Below, piece after piece: positions 37,880 through 52,454 of a DNA stretch of 64,000 nt (position 1 is its first letter; every line of letters starts with the position of its first letter). The translations under genes were made by a program, and so were the position numbers. This stretch comes from Blasia pusilla (lineage: Eukaryota): NCBI GenBank assembly GCA_050084515.1, contig CM114271.1, forward strand, positions 18,352,001 to 18,416,000, given 5' to 3'. The notes below the pieces were generated by a model, which saw only the letters and a list, made by a program, of their open reading frames with translations, was not told where the DNA came from and searched no databases.

Positions 37880-38889
37880 TTCAAGGACTCACGAGAGAAA
37901 CTCCAATCCCACTATCCCTGTGCTTTGAACTGATGGAATATTTGAACGAAAACCCAGATCAACTCTGCACAGTCGGGAGAATGGCAACGCGAACAACAAT
38001 TCACCGAGAGATTCTAGGGCTCGGTTGCTCTGTTTCTTCGAGTGTGGGGAGCGATTCCGAAGACCTGCGGGCAAAACCCTGACCCCCAAGAAGGACCACT
38101 CTTTCTTGGAGCCACAAGAGTGAGGGAGGCCAACTCGAGCCAAGGCTGGGTATGAGGTGAACTAAGATATGGGTTAGGTCGGCTAAACTAGGAGTGCTAA
38201 ACGTCAACATTTTTTTTCCTTTTTATGTTTATCTATCTACTCTCAAACAGTCTCTTTTGAGTATAAAAAACTATTTTTGGGGTGGGAGGGGGCGTGTTAC
38301 TTCTTTTGGTGACTCCCCGTTCCCAAAGAAGTGAAGCTCCTCTACAAGTCTGAAATGTCCTCTTTTGAGAAAAAGTGAAAGAGATTTGAATGAGATTTTA
38401 TTCAGCCGGCCATCTATTTGAACCAGGGGAGCAGCTGGCCTTATTTTTGAACAAGGGGAGATCTATACTATTAAGCGAACACGGGGTCACTAAAACCGGA
38501 TAGAAAAACATTTTTCACTTTCTATTTAATTCCACCTTATGGAAGAGGGGTGCCTGAGTTACATCCACACAAAATTTTCCATGGCTTCCATTTACAGAAG
38601 TGAGCATATAGTATTGGTTAGAGGCTTATGAGGTGGTCATCAACACAAAATCTTCCAAGGCTTCGGCTCTCACAAGTGCATATATGGTATTGGTTCCAGG
38701 CTTGTGAGGCCCTTATCCGCACAATTGGTTCCATAGTTATTGTAGTAATTTCATATAATTGTGGAAAGTTATAGGAAACCTGGGTGAAAGTTGGAGTTGG
38801 AGTGCAAGTTGGAGAGGAGGGCAAGTTGGAGTCGTGGGTAGAAGGAAGGTGTGGCCGTGTGAACGAAGAGCCGAAGATCCAAAAAGCCC

Positions 38890-39030
38890 TGTTCCGATCG
38901 GAAGGTGAGATTTGTGTTCCAATCTGAAGGTGAGCTTTGTGTTCCGATTCGAAGGTGAGATCCGAAAGCCCTGTTACCGGTCCAAAGGTGAGATTTGCAT
39001 TTTGATTTGAAGGTGAGCTCCGAAAAGCCC
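38890..39030. repeat. degenerate minisatellite, about 5 units of 25-32 bp
   Basis: Recurring TGTTCCGATxxGAAGGTGAG(A/C)T core. Confidence 0.75.
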
Positions 39031-42000
39031 CTTTTCAGATCGAGCGAAGCAAATGAAAAGTTTTAGTGGAGCACCTTCGAAATTTATAATATGGGAGGAA
39101 AAAGCTTCCACTTGGATGATCGATAACCGCAAATTTCGGCCTCTCCTTATCCCAATTAGCTGATTTGGGCCTCTGGTTATCCTTACGTTTTCAACGTTGT
39201 GAACGCATTGATCAGCATCACAGACAGTCGATGTCCAAAGGAAAGCCCATACCACACGAGCCTGGATGTGGTTGTAGGAGCGCATGAATTCATTAGCAAA
39301 TTCTGAATTTGATGCTATGGATTTGTGCCGAAAGGGATAATCACTTCAGATTCATGAGTAAGACACATTCTATCTTAGATTTTAACTCTGTATTTTGGAC
39401 AGTCAGCTTTGTGTCAACATTAGACTAACAGAGTGTTGCTTGTTTGACTCATTCGAACGAATGGAATAAGGCTGAAGTTGGTTCCATTTTGAGGATAGAC
39501 AGAAAATGGATAGATAGAACATCAAACATCTACGAAGAATCACAGCTTTGGCTAGACATTATAACCAGGTGGAAATCGTCCGACAAATATCTAGAGATCT
39601 AGTAATAGAGGTAGACTTTCAGCTCGTCTGAACTATGCTTGCACTAACCGCTATAAATAATCTGAGATTCATGTTGTGTCATCTGCAGAGCTAGAATTGA
39701 GATTCAAATCACCACAATTCACCTGAATTTTGGTGAGTTGAATTGGCATCAGGCTATAGGCCCATAGGCCTTCTTCTTGGTGGTCTATCAACGTAAGTGG
39801 TGGTACCAGCTTAGCAATTTCAGCATAGATCGTTGCTCTTTGTGTTGTGCCTTTTGCACGAGCGACCAGGTAGTGACTAGGTTTCATCACACATGGTGTA
39901 GGACTTTGATTACGTGCCCAGCCAGATTTTTTTTGGTTTAAGGTGATTGTCCCAATCCTAAACTTGAGCCATGTTCCAAACAAGGAATCCCGCAGTTATG
40001 GCTCTTCAGTTATCGTGGTTCAAGTTTGACTCAGCCGCTTACTCACTGCTGTGTAGGAGCGAGAGATAGAAAGACAGTACTCATAAAGTAGTGCTTCGGC
40101 TACAAGAGAAGAAAAGCACCCGTGCACCACTTACGCAGTGCTAGAGAGAGACATTGTACTCATTAAGTAGTGCTTGTGTAAACCTTGCGACCACAGACAC
40201 TGCTCCCTGGTCCCATGGTGCTAGAGACTGGAATCTAGAATTGTGCAGAGAGAAGAAGTGACGAAGATGCCATTTGAGACGAGGGGCTAGAGAGAAACTA
40301 TATTGATTAAGTGGTGCCTATCTGAGTGCCTATCACATCCTTGACCCCATCGCGTACTGGTTAGACACTGCTAGGGGGACTCCACTCATGAAGTAGTGAA
40401 TATTCTAGCCTTGCGACCATGGCTATTGCTCATTTATTAGACGACAACATAACAACCTTGTATTCACATCTACTTTCCTAGAAAGAGCAGTGAGAATTTT
40501 TCTTGTACGACAGTTACCTTTGATAGTTGAGAGCTAGAAAAGGTGTTGCATCTGAGTCTAAGAGATTGCAAAAAAGGGATCTTTTGTTTGCTTTCTATAG
40601 CCAAATGGGATGCAAACAACAGATAGATAGAAAACGGTTGAGGCAATATTGTAGGTGACGTTGATCAACGGTCTACCCAGTCACTCAGTAGTAACATATA
40701 GCTAACTTCTAGAGGATCATTGCTAAGCGCCTACTAACTAACAACGAATTAGACTATTAAATCCTCTATCCTAGAATTCTCAACTTTAATTCTATCTCCA
40801 ACCTAGGAATCATGGTGGCACATGTTGCCATACATGAAGATTGGTGATGTCGACTGGTGTTTTCTTAATAGTGGCGAGAGTGTCCATGACAAGGAAGGGG
40901 GAGATAGGCGTAGAGATAGCCCTTCTCCTTTGATTTTCGTGTTAACTTTTTCCTCCTCTTAAATCATTTTCAATTAATATTAAATAAATAAATTTCTTTT
41001 CTTACAAAGTTTAGAGAGTAGATTTAGTTTTTTAGAGGATTATTTTAGAGTTGTTATTATGCAAGTTCTATGAGAATATAAAAATAATTATGATTTTTTA
41101 CTTGGTATATCTAATTTGAAAAATTAATTATGAATATGTTTTAAAATAAAAATTAGATTTATATTATGATTTCTTATTATTTTAAATAAATAGATTTTTT
41201 TCAGCAAAATGTTGCCATTTGATTCGATTCTGTGAAAATTTATCTAATATTGTTGTTTTGTCGTCAATACATCGCACGAGCATTCTTACTAGTTTATCTT
41301 AAGTGCTTGAGAATGGGATCAAGGGAGGCACAACTCTTTCTAAATCATGGGAGTTTTTCCTTTTTTCTTTTTGGGAGTTGAGGTTTTTCCACCAAAAAAA
41401 AAGGGAAGGCGGGACTAGGGGTGGGTGAAAATATCCTTGACGTGGAGACAAATGGAGTTTAATATCAAAATGGTGAATATGTAAAGGATGGGAATGGGAA
41501 TTTAAGTTTTTACTAATTTATACTATTAAGGTTGTAGGCTTGTCGTAGGACTGAAAGTTCATACTTACTAAAAGAAATGATTTTTTTTTAAGAAGAGAAA
41601 GCTACTTGACTGGGTTTTTTGCAAATTGGGCGAGTGCATGGCACATGCTGAAAATATAGTACTAGTTTGTAATATTACGGGAAAGTGCACATTTTTTATA
41701 ATAACAAACTAGTGTATGAGCATGCGATGGGGGAGTTCAAATGATCAATGTTTAATTAACTCCCAAAATTGTTATGTGATAATTTAAATCAATTTTGAAT
41801 AATCCTATTGGTTGAGAGATCAATCGATCATATTGGATCAAAAGGCGATCGATCCTATTGGTTGAGAGGGCCAAGTGTCAACAAGAGGTGAAGAGTTTGA
41901 AAAATGTAGGGGCACTCTCCAATAACCAGTATGCGGCCCCTTTTTAAGGGTTTTGAGTTTTATAACGGAGTTCGTAAACACAAATTTATTGGGAATGGTC

Positions 42001-42912
42001 AGGAGTAACACAACACGAATCGGATTTTGATTTGGACTAACACGATAGTGGGGATAGGGAGTAACACAACTAAATCTTGAGTAACACGACGCGCTGTATG
42101 TTTGGAGGATCGGAGAACACTTCCAAGATTCAAGAACACAAATTGGGACACGGCTAAAGAAGGCTAGGAATAACATTGTGGATACTATTCAATTTAGAAT
42201 TAACGGGAAAATTAACACTAGCATGGATGCTAACATCCGACCGTTCAAAACTCTTACCCTAGGGTCGAGAATGTGCAAAATAACTTGCACTATGCTGGCT
42301 CTGCACTTGGAGTCGACTTCTTGTAGGGGGTGTAATAATATAAATAACTAACTTCCAACATTTATAATGATTTTACATGTTAAAAGAAAAAAAGAGGTGA
42401 AAGATTAGAGATTTAAAAAAATTGAAAGGACGAGGAAGGGGTTTAGGAATAAAGTTGGGAGTTACTTTTTAAATCATGCATTGCAAGAGCATGCCAACTA
42501 GTCTATTTTATTGACCAAAGGTGCTACTTCATGTTTCTTGTTATTATAATATTATGGTGTGACACATTCCACACGGTGATGATCAAGAAGGGGGTTAAGG
42601 TATGTAGGGAGAAAAGTTATTTTTCCAAGAAAAGGAAGATAAAGGGGATGAAATTTTAATTAAGGGGTATTCTTTTTTCTAAAACTAGAAGGTGTGAGCA
42701 TGAGGTATCCAAAAGAAAAAATATGGTTGGCATAGAACATATGGGTTCAAGTAGAGTTTAAAATTATAAAAAAAAAAGAATTCATAAAAATTAAGATGGA
42801 AGAGGAGATAGCTTCTTCTCTTTTAGAATGAAGACATGGGGGATTAGAATAAGGTAAAGTAGGGAGGTTTTCGTGTTCCCAAAACAAGGAAATAGGAGGG
42901 ACGGGGCATCAA

Positions 42913-43117
42913 TCTATACTACTACTACAAATACCCATATCAAGTTTAAACACTCCAAAAGTCAACACCAGTTATTTTTACCCAACCCAAAATTTCCAGA
43001 TCTCCCCCAAAATTTGTACCTATAATGATTATAAATTTTGAACTGCCACTCCCTCCTTAGCTCAGGCAATGCATCCCAAGTTTTCCATGCACGTGCCTTG
43101 CATGGGCATCTTTCTAG
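42913..43117 (+). mobile_element. short non-autonomous Helitron-like element
   Basis: A|TCTATACTACT start; hairpin CCATGCA-cgtgcct-TGCATGG (43085-43105) 8 nt before CTAG|T; AT target site and no TSD. Confidence 0.65.
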
Positions 43118-45224
43118 TGTTTTATATAAGAAGATGACATGGAAAAGAAAAATGTGGTGGAGAAGTGAGTGGTAGGATCATGAGTTTTGAGGCATTTTGA
43201 GTCTTTGAGGCGAGAGAGGCGTTGAAGGTATGAGGCATTGGCAAGCTAGTCGGTAGGCATGCCACTGGGTTAGGAGATTTTTTTGAGGCATTCTCAACAT
43301 AACTTCCACATCATCCATCCCAATGCTATTCCTCACACATATAGTGCGCTTTATCGGGGAGCTCTTATGTATGTTGTAGTACTACCATACCCATGAGGAG
43401 ACAATGTTCTATATTGGAGCACGTTATTGCTTCTATATTGTTGTCTACAAGTGAGATCTTGGTGGGATACATCACTTCAACACCTTGGTGAGTGCACGAC
43501 ACTATTGTAATTATTCGTAGAATCATTTTGATGATGGAGTGATACCACACTAGTCAAGAGGTGGGCTAAATGTCAGGGTTTGTCTTGAGTGAGATGTGTA
43601 TATGTCCTACCTTGGACATTTCTTGTTGGAGGCCTTATGGCTTAGGAATGAGATAGACAAGTTCTTGCAACCGTCACAATAACTTACCTAGAGAGCATTG
43701 GGGAGTCATCCAGAATAGTTAATTTTATGGTAATCACGTTAGCGAGGGATCCAAGAGGCAATTCATGATTGTGTGTCAAAGGAAGACAAACCTTCATATG
43801 ACCCACAGAATCCATAGCATAGACTAGTTAGTCACAAACCTATAGTGGGCGGTAGAACCTATTGTAGGACTAATGCTAGTCTAGTTAGGCTCGCACCTTG
43901 AGATTAACCTTAGGAGAAAGGGACATAGTGACTCACATAGATACGGGATTATATAAGATACGTGAAAGTACCTTGAGCCAAACTCTAGGTCAAGGGTGAG
44001 ACGCAAAGAATTTGCAAAATGTCAAGATGAGTGAGCCCCATCGTAAAACATGAGGATTAACTAGACAACCATAAGACACCAAATGGAGGGAGTTAAGACA
44101 GGCGTTAGCCATTGAATGCACAAAAGAAAGGTTGAGGTTCTAAGATGTTTCGTGAAGTCAAAATGAGTTGAATCTCCTAGAAGACTTCCCAAAAGTTATC
44201 TGCTTCATACGAGGACAAAGACTGGGAGATACACCCGGCGATTTCCAAGACGGGTGATCTTCTTGTTGCTTATTGCGCTGATCAGCTCGCTGATTCTGAG
44301 CTGATGGCCGGGAGTCTTCTATTGGTACCCCCAGGGGTTCGTGAGCTTGGTGGCTCACCCAAGACTGCTACAAGGATTAACTCCATGCAGGGACAATTGG
44401 ATTTTCTTAATTTCTACGAGTGTGTGTATGTGCACTCAGTGTATCTATCAGGTTTTCCTCCCATAAATAGAAGTACCGGGTCATCACCAAGTATAATTGA
44501 CGTTCATGGGCGGAGCACCGTTTGGCAACGAGTTCTTTGACAGGACTAATTAATTTTCTATCTTTTCTAATACTAAAGCAACGAACAAATTGCTATATTC
44601 TTTCATCCATTGCCTAAGGGGAATAGCTAGAGATAGGAGATCCTCTTCCATGAAAACTAAATGGATGGGTCTCGTAGGCAATGAGGCTTCTCCCCCCTCC
44701 TCTTCACCCATCACCCTCTTCCTCTCTCCTCGGCTAATCTTGTGATCCCTGGCAGCACCGCCAAGAATACAAGAATGTAATGTACAAGAATTATAAGAAT
44801 TGATCTTTTTATGATGATTTATGGAGTTCAATCCCCAAGAGGATCACTATTATCCAAAAAGAAAGGTTAAAGTTTGTGGTTTATGTGAAGTTGATAGTTA
44901 TGTTGGTACAAAAAAAATTCAAACATTCATCCGCTTATTCTCCTTCTCACAAGTACCGAGATTTTCCTTTCCTTTGTTCTCTCAAGTAGAATCAAATGAA
45001 CGCTCTGGCAAATTCGCACTCAACACCAAAGAACCTCATAGAGATCTCATCAACAAGATGGCTTCTCCTACTTTCGGAACTCAATCTGTCATGGCAGGCT
45101 ACTCTCTGTCAAACAGATTTCTCACATCTCGATGTTGATTATTCTATTGGTGAAATTTTCTCTCCCAATCCACTCCTCACTCTGCAGACTGAAAGTATAG
45201 ATGCAAAAGTATTACTGAGTTAAT

Positions 45225-46020
45225 GAAATGGACAACCAATAATGAGAGTGCAGATGGATTGGTGAGGCACACATGAGATTCACAACAGTGAAAGAAAATA
45301 GATGAGTTATGGCTAGATTTTTGCCTTGAGCCTTGTAATTTTTGGGTTGGATTAATATTAGATGGGGTGAATTCATTTAGTGATAAGAAAAGTGTTTGGT
45401 GAACTTGGCATGTGGTTTTGATTAATTATAATCTCCTACCTTAGCTTTGGACCAAGAAGTTCTTCCTTCAACTTGCTCTAATAATTCATGGTAAGGAGTC
45501 AACTTCATTTACTAACTTGGATGTCTACCTAGCTCCCCTTATACAAGAGATAGGAATATTACGGAAGAGTAATTTTGCTTATGATAGTAGTAGCCAACTT
45601 CTTGATAAACATTTCACTCTCAGAGCCATGATCATGTGGAAATTAGTGACTATCCTGGGTTGGGTGTGGTTTCTGGTCAACCCACGAAAGGGAAGCTTGC
45701 TTGTGCAGTCTATGGACCATAAGTGGACTCATATTACTCTAAAGCCTTACATAAGCCCATTTTTCAAGGTCATCAACGCCATGCGGAAAAGAGCCATCCA
45801 GACAAGAGTCGAATAAAAGTTCATCTCAATGGTAGGATTGAATATCGTGTAGCACCCACTCGGGTATCAAGCTCGGATGTATTAGCATGGGCTGAATTGA
45901 AGTGGGTGTATGATGAGGGTCCCAAACCCAAGAAAGGGAGGGATTGCTAACCCCTCCTAGATCCATATAAAGTATATGGAGTGGTGTGAAGGAGCATACT
46001 ATTTGACTTGCCTTATTGGA
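45225..46020 (+). mobile_element. CACTA/En-Spm Tnp2-type transposase remnant
   Basis: Stop-ridden translation LDGVNSFSDKKSVW*TWHVVLINYNLLP...LALIIHGK...NLDVYLAPLIQE...HFTLRAMIMW. Confidence 0.75.
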
Positions 46021-47493
46021 ATGTGAGCTACTATGGGCTATGCCTTTGCAATAAAACTTTCAAAATATTCATATTCATTCATAGAGTCCTTTTATACTAT
46101 GATAAAAACCTTAAAAATATATTGTTCATTTTCACGACTGAATTGTGACTTAAGCCCAAAAATGGTTTTCAAGTGATTGGTGAAATCTTGGAAGGTTCTG
46201 GCTAAAAATTCCACTTGAGTGCTTATCTCATTGCTAGAGCATATAATGATATGCGCCTACTCTCCTTGAACATTAATATTTGTTGTTGCGGAAGCGTGCG
46301 TTCAGCAGGTCACGCTCTCAATGTTGTTATGCATCCAAACACACACTCTGGTTAGTCGGGTCTTGGATCAATCAACATGCTAACTTTCTGAGTTCTCATC
46401 TCGGTCTCTCATCAAGCTCACCCTTCCTAGTTTCGCGGTTTATAACACAGGCAAGTCTCGAAAGACTTGGAACAGACTTTTTGGTCGGTTCAAGAACCTC
46501 AAACGGCGTTTCGCGCATGGCGGTTCCAACTGTCCGATGGACATCCAATTAGTCCCTAATCGAGACTCGCACAAAGTGAATCTCAGGTCGGAATCCAAGT
46601 ATGGCCTACAAAGTCCACTCCCTTGGATCAGGTTTGGGTTTCAAGTTCCAACGCCAAACTCCCGTTCCATCCGTGCCCTTGAGACGCCGTTTGGTGCTCA
46701 AAGTGGGGATTGGTATTCCAAGACTTCTTGGAAAGACTCCTCCCTCACTAGTTCTTATGGGGATCTCTGGGGTTCCCTAATTTTAGGTAAAGACACCCGG
46801 GCTCTCCAATTGGTCCTCAACCCGATTGCTCTCACAATTATTTTCGGCCAATATCTCAGTCTGTACTTATGCGTTTGCTAAGATCATTAGTGCGTTGGAA
46901 GCGTCTCAAGATAAGTCTTTCTATGATAGCATTTCTCACATTTTTTTTCTTTCTATAAAATTTAATCCAAGTGAGGATTCCATTTTAGGGTGAATTATCT
47001 CATAGTTGGCCTTCGGTTTGTTTTTATTGTAGAGAATTTCGTTGAGATGACGCGTGTAGTCCAATTTCTTGAATGGATACATGGTGAGATAAGGGAATGA
47101 TGATAAGGAAAAGATGATTTATCAACACAACTTAGTGTGCCTCCATCTCATACATATCTTTCATATAAGAAGATGAGAGCATATGGAAGTCACTATAGGG
47201 TGGATGAGGGTAGTGCCTATAGCACATATGATTCAAGTATTGCATATATATTCTTGGCTTCAAGTTCAGAAAGTCTAGACCAAGCTTGTCAATATCCTTA
47301 CGTTTGAACTTTGCGAGATATAATATTGGATTATGGGAAATTAGAGGATCCAGTAGCTGCAAATCTGATTATTGGTCTTGCAAATCACTTGTGTGAGGTC
47401 TACAATCCCTTGTAGTGATACCAGTCTTCCTATGACACTCTCTATAGAATCCTCTTTATTGCCTTGGAAAATGAAGGATGGGCGCTCTCCATC

Positions 47494-47495
<2 letters not shown>

Positions 47496-47554
<59 letters not shown>
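47496..47554. repeat. (GA)n microsatellite
   Basis: About 29 perfect GA units. Confidence 0.97.
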
Positions 47555-47557
<3 letters not shown>

Positions 47558-49875
47558 TCTATTCGGAATCCATAATTTGGAAATAGAGGAGGCTTGGATA
47601 TGATAGAGAATGAGACCATAAAGGGAATGTAGATGGTGGAACACTCCATCCTCAAAAGGGAGGAGGGACAAAATCCCACTCCTTGGACAGAGGAAAAGAG
47701 AGGGGAGGTATAGAGTGCCTTTCGTGAAGGGCTAAAGAGCATTCCCTTGACCTAATCCTTAAAATGTGCCCCAAAAAAACTAATATTCATAATATAAATA
47801 GCCAACTTGACAAATGTTCTAATGTCTAAAAATCCGTGTTAAGTTAAAAAAAAACAAGTTGGGCGAATAACTCTCAAATCTGATAGGATGCGTTTCAAAA
47901 TCAAAAGAAAAAATATGACCATAACCAAATATTTACATATGTCCGGTGTCTCGAAGGCATGGCATCTTTAAAGGGCACTCTTCAATAATAATATAAATTT
48001 TTACCCATATTATCATAGAAGCGATGTGATCCTGATTTATTTATTTATTTTCCCGGGAAGTTTGTGACACGTCAAACATCGGAAATGAAAACGGATTATT
48101 TCGGAGATTCGAATTCATACGTTTAACAGTTTGCATTTCACCCAACTTGCTCGCGGAAAGGGAACTTGTCCGGCTCGATACCACACTTCACATTTAACGC
48201 GCCATAGAAAGGCGGGACGAGCACCCGGAGACGTAAACGCGTTCCCGGCGAAACAATGACCGGATAACAGCGTTTGTGGATTAGTTACCACGCGTCGAGT
48301 ATGCATTGGACAGTAGGGTGTCCATCCCTCAGTCTCTATTAATGCAGATCGAGATTCTCTTTGTTCTCCCCGTACCTTTAGGCCACGTGGTAGAACTATT
48401 GTTAATGGATGGCGTTATCGTCCCAATCCAAGGTAATAGTAGCAAAGCTGGAGTACGGATTGGTTGCAATCACTTGGTTGTGAAGACCCGGCCCGCGATA
48501 GACGAGAAGCAGTCAATAATGAAGAGAGCGCGGGTCGGGAAGATGGGTGAATGTGCTCGTGAGGCCGGGTTTTCATCGGAGTACACTCGGACCAGCGCGT
48601 TACATGCGACACCTGTCACGCTGGAGCATAGGTAGGAAAAGTGCTGACCGGCAGATCCAAACCAAGTGAGTGGCACGTGTGGATGAAAATGGCATCTACG
48701 GCAAGAAAATGTGGCATTGACGAGGAGTGCCATTCCTACCGGGTACCGTCGGATGCGCGATCGCACGTCTCCAGGGCTTTTCTTTAACGGGTTCCATCCA
48801 TGACGAAGGACGAACGACGAATTACCGTCCGGCTGGGTTCTCCGTGATTGGGAACGCGTCCCGGCGGTACGCTGTGAAGGTCCGGCCGACGAGCGATGCT
48901 CTCCATCCTGTTCCTCCCTCCCAACAGTCTCTCCTCTCGCTTCTCCGACAGGCACTTTCTACGCCGAGTTTTTGCTGGTCTCGGGAGCCCTCCTCGCTTT
49001 CCTCAAATCGGTCGCGGGTGGATCTTGCGTAGCGTTCTGTTGCGGAGTGAAATCGGTCCCTGTGACCCAGTGAGGGCGTTGTCAGGCAGTGGACTATGTG
49101 GAGAATTCGTGGAGTTCGAACGGATTGAGACGTCTACCGGGTGCTGGTCGGACGAGTTGGTTTCGAGCGGTATTTGCGAGGAACAGGACGGGGTGGGGTG
49201 CTTTGATTTCTTGTGATTGGAAGCGCGGAGGAGTGCGACGGAGTCCTTTTGAGAATCGGTGATGTGGGTGGGCACTCGGACTTCCGGCGGTGATTAGAAG
49301 TCTATAGAGGTTTAGTTTAGCCAGCCATGGCTTGTTTTGATCTTTCTCGCTGCTGTTTGGGATAGTCGGAACGTGCTTCCCGAGTGGACGGGAAGGCAGG
49401 ACGGTGCTTTTTTCGCAAGGAGACGAGCGCAGTCGGAACCCCAAAGCCAAGAGGTGCTTCACGCAATTGAATTTGTAGCCTCTACTTTAGTCGAGCGGGC
49501 AGGGAGATTGGGAGGAGATTTACCGGAGTGGGGATCGAGAGAGGACGTGGTGGTTGCTATGCAGCTGACAGAATCAGATCGTCGGGTTTACAGAGCGGCC
49601 TGACTTTGGAGGTCTTCAGTCTCAGAAGCGACTCGACCGGGGGAGAAAGCCGCAGAGAAGTGCGACGCAAAGCCAATCCCACTCATTCCGTGAGAAGGAA
49701 TACTTGAGAGGATATAGGAGTGATTCTTTCGCGAACCTGTACAAGTGTTGAGTGATCACGACCGGCGCATATAAGTTGTAGGAGAAGGTGGTGTGACTCG
49801 GAGAACCCTCGGTCGAGGACGAGCGAGTCACGAGCGCAGTAGGAAGTGAAGTATCGAGGAGCTGGTTCGAGGAGG

Positions 49876-50739
49876 ATGGAGCACCAAATGGCACAGCAAC
49901 CAATTGGGATGATGTCTGGGCAACAGCAAATGCAGTACCCTCAAATGACACAGAATCCTCAGATGCAGGCGCAGATGCAACAACCATATCCGCAAGGCTC
50001 GCAAGGCATGCCATCTCCTCCTGGGCAGTCAGGGCAGCCTCAAGGGCCGTACCCCGGTGGTCTTGCCCAGCAGCAGGTGAGTTACCAGCACCTTCAGCAG
50101 CAGCATCAGCAGCAATTGCAGCTGTTTTGGCACAGTCAAATGCAGGAAATTGAGCAGGTGAGTGATTTCAAGACCCACCAACTCCCATTAGCACGAATCA
50201 AGAAAATCATGAAGGCTGACGAGGATGTGAGAATGATATCAGCCGAGGCCCCTGTCCTTTTCGCCAAGGCCTGCGAGATGTTTATTTTGGAGTTGACTCT
50301 CAGGTCCTGGATTCACACCGAGGAGAATAAACGCAGAACTCTGCAGAAGAACGACATTGCCGCAGCCATCACGCGGACTGATATCTTCGACTTTTTGGTA
50401 GACATTGTTCCTCGCGACGAGTTGAAGGACGAGGGTGCTCTCGGTGGAGTTCCCCGCGCAGCTCTACCTGTGGGAACACCAGCGGATGCCATTTCTTACG
50501 GTGGAATGTACTATGCAGCGACCGGGCAGCCTCCTCAAGGGGGACCTCCGATGCAGCAACCTCAACCCAACATGATGGGTTCTCCAGCTATGATGGTGGG
50601 TAGACCGGGAATGCCTATGGACCCTTCAATGTATACGCAACAGGGTCGCCCACCCACCATGCAGTATATGCCTCAGCAAACGATGCAGCAGATGTGGCCG
50701 CAGTCCAGTTCGTCACCGGGGATTCCCCCAAGTAGCTGA
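49876..50739 (+). CDS. NF-YC: nuclear transcription factor Y subunit C (CCAAT-binding, histone fold), intronless CDS, 287 aa
   Basis: [86 protein letters not shown] with Q/P/M-rich flanks. First in-frame ATG is at 49876; the ORF track starts at an upstream GTG. Confidence 0.95.
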   Translation: MEHQMAQQPIGMMSGQQQMQYPQMTQNPQMQAQMQQPYPQGSQGMPSPPGQSGQPQGPYPGGLAQQQVSYQHLQQQHQQQLQLFWHSQMQEIEQVSDFKTHQLPLARIKKIMKADEDVRMISAEAPVLFAKACEMFILELTLRSWIHTEENKRRTLQKNDIAAAITRTDIFDFLVDIVPRDELKDEGALGGVPRAALPVGTPADAISYGGMYYAATGQPPQGGPPMQQPQPNMMGSPAMMVGRPGMPMDPSMYTQQGRPPTMQYMPQQTMQQMWPQSSSSPGIPPSS

Positions 50740-52383
50740 CTCGAAGCACTCGAGAAGAGAGTGCAGTGTAGTTTTATTCTTGGTTGTAATTAGTCGGAAG
50801 TGGACAGCTTGTGCAAATTTCTCTTGCTGTTAGGTGTCGTGAGCAGGGCGATCGTGTAGGGAAGCCGCAACTACAGTAGAGACCCGGAGGTCTTGAGCTG
50901 TCCGTAGGGCCTTACTGCTGCCTTTTACAAACAACTGTCGATCTCATGACAGACACAGAAATGCAGAGCATCGTCTTCGAATTGGCGCGCCGGAAGCTCT
51001 CGAAGGTGAAAATGAGGGGTCCACGAGGGACCTTGTCGTCGGAACAGTGGTTTTCCAAAATTCCGAGCTTTTAGGACCGTGTGATGCTTCTGCAGTGTTT
51101 GATCTTTGGGATTAGTCAATGACAAAGAGTGCAGTTAATTTGCTGAAAACACTTCTATGCCGGTGATTGTATGTATCATCTGACCATAGTAAAGTTCCTA
51201 TTTTCCTCAATTCTCTTCTGTTCACATGGTTAGTTGTGCGTGCGTTTCCGTTCGTCATCCTTTGGACCGCGGTGTGAGTATGGAATGCAGAGCCTGTGCA
51301 AAATAGCAATTCGATCGGGAGTTCTCGGGGTTCGGCAGTGGCACTGTCCTAGCAAGTGAAACGGATTGTTCTCGAGGGCTCTTCACAAACAGTTTCGTCA
51401 GTAACGAGGTGAATTCGTGTGGAATGCGGTATTGTGACTGACGGGTGGTTGAAAGATGATTTGATGTTCATGGAGTACCTCAACTCGTCTCTTGAGATTT
51501 GCAAATGAGATATATTGGCAATTGAATGGATTGATTCGCTCCGTTTTTCATGCCTGAAAGCTTTCAGAGTTCGGACAAATCATAATCGAGCACGAGATTT
51601 ATCGTAAAAATGTCTGGACCACTAGAGTTGATACAAATGTGGTTCCTCCACGAAACCCTTGAGTCTCATTAGTCTGCAATCATGGCTCCCCTTGACTCAC
51701 ATGGTGGGAGGGTCGCACGGAGTCAAACCTGATCCACCTGCACTTGTTATACCCGCACGCCTTCTTAGATTAGTTCAAAAAGTATTTGCCACAAAGTCCA
51801 CCGTACTACTGTTTGTGCTTTGTGATGTGGCCAGTGCGCACCTATCCCTTAATACACTCGATCAGACGATCTCCATGTCTGGAAGTTGACACGCAGTATC
51901 CATTAAAAAAAGAAGAAGGATCAGTCATGGCATAGTGAATAGTGCAAAACGGGGAAGTTAAAGTCTGGACTTGAAATCCAAACGTGTTAGTCGGAGTTGG
52001 AGTCGATCCCTCGGTCGAAGCATTTTGCCTCAAGAATTTGCCTCTCCCGGAGAATATGAATTTTGCTTGTTTGTCCTCGAAGGCCTGAGAAACTCTGATC
52101 ATACGCATCTGTGTGTCAAAACTCCATAACGAGAGCCTCTCATGCCTTCGACACATAGATTCCGGTACATCTTCATCGATGCGAAGCTTTCCCGGATGGG
52201 TGCGCATGAATTTAGGCCACGGAGACTTGGATCCGATCGTAGCAGACGTTTATTCACGCGGCTTCGCACATGTGGCCAAAGCTACCAAAAAGGTTTTGAC
52301 TTTCTTGGCACCGTGGTGGTTCCTGTGCTTTTAGCATTTGGAGACGACCTGCGTACGATAATGCCGAACCCAACCGAAGAGGT

Positions 52384-52454
52384 GGACAGGATTTGCACCG
52401 TCACAGTGGGATCGGTAGATCTTTAGGACAGGATTTGCACCGTCACAGTGGGAT
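52384..52454. repeat. 29-bp direct repeat, two copies
   Basis: GGACAGGATTTGCACCGTCACAGTGGGAT at 52384 and 52426. Confidence 0.85.

Noticed and set aside
40040-40440. Spaced recurrences of ACTCAT.AAGTAGTG that look CRISPR-like
   Set aside because: The repeats are short, degenerate and irregularly spaced, the context is eukaryotic and there are no cas genes. More likely internal repeats of an LTR-like sequence whose ends I could not fix.
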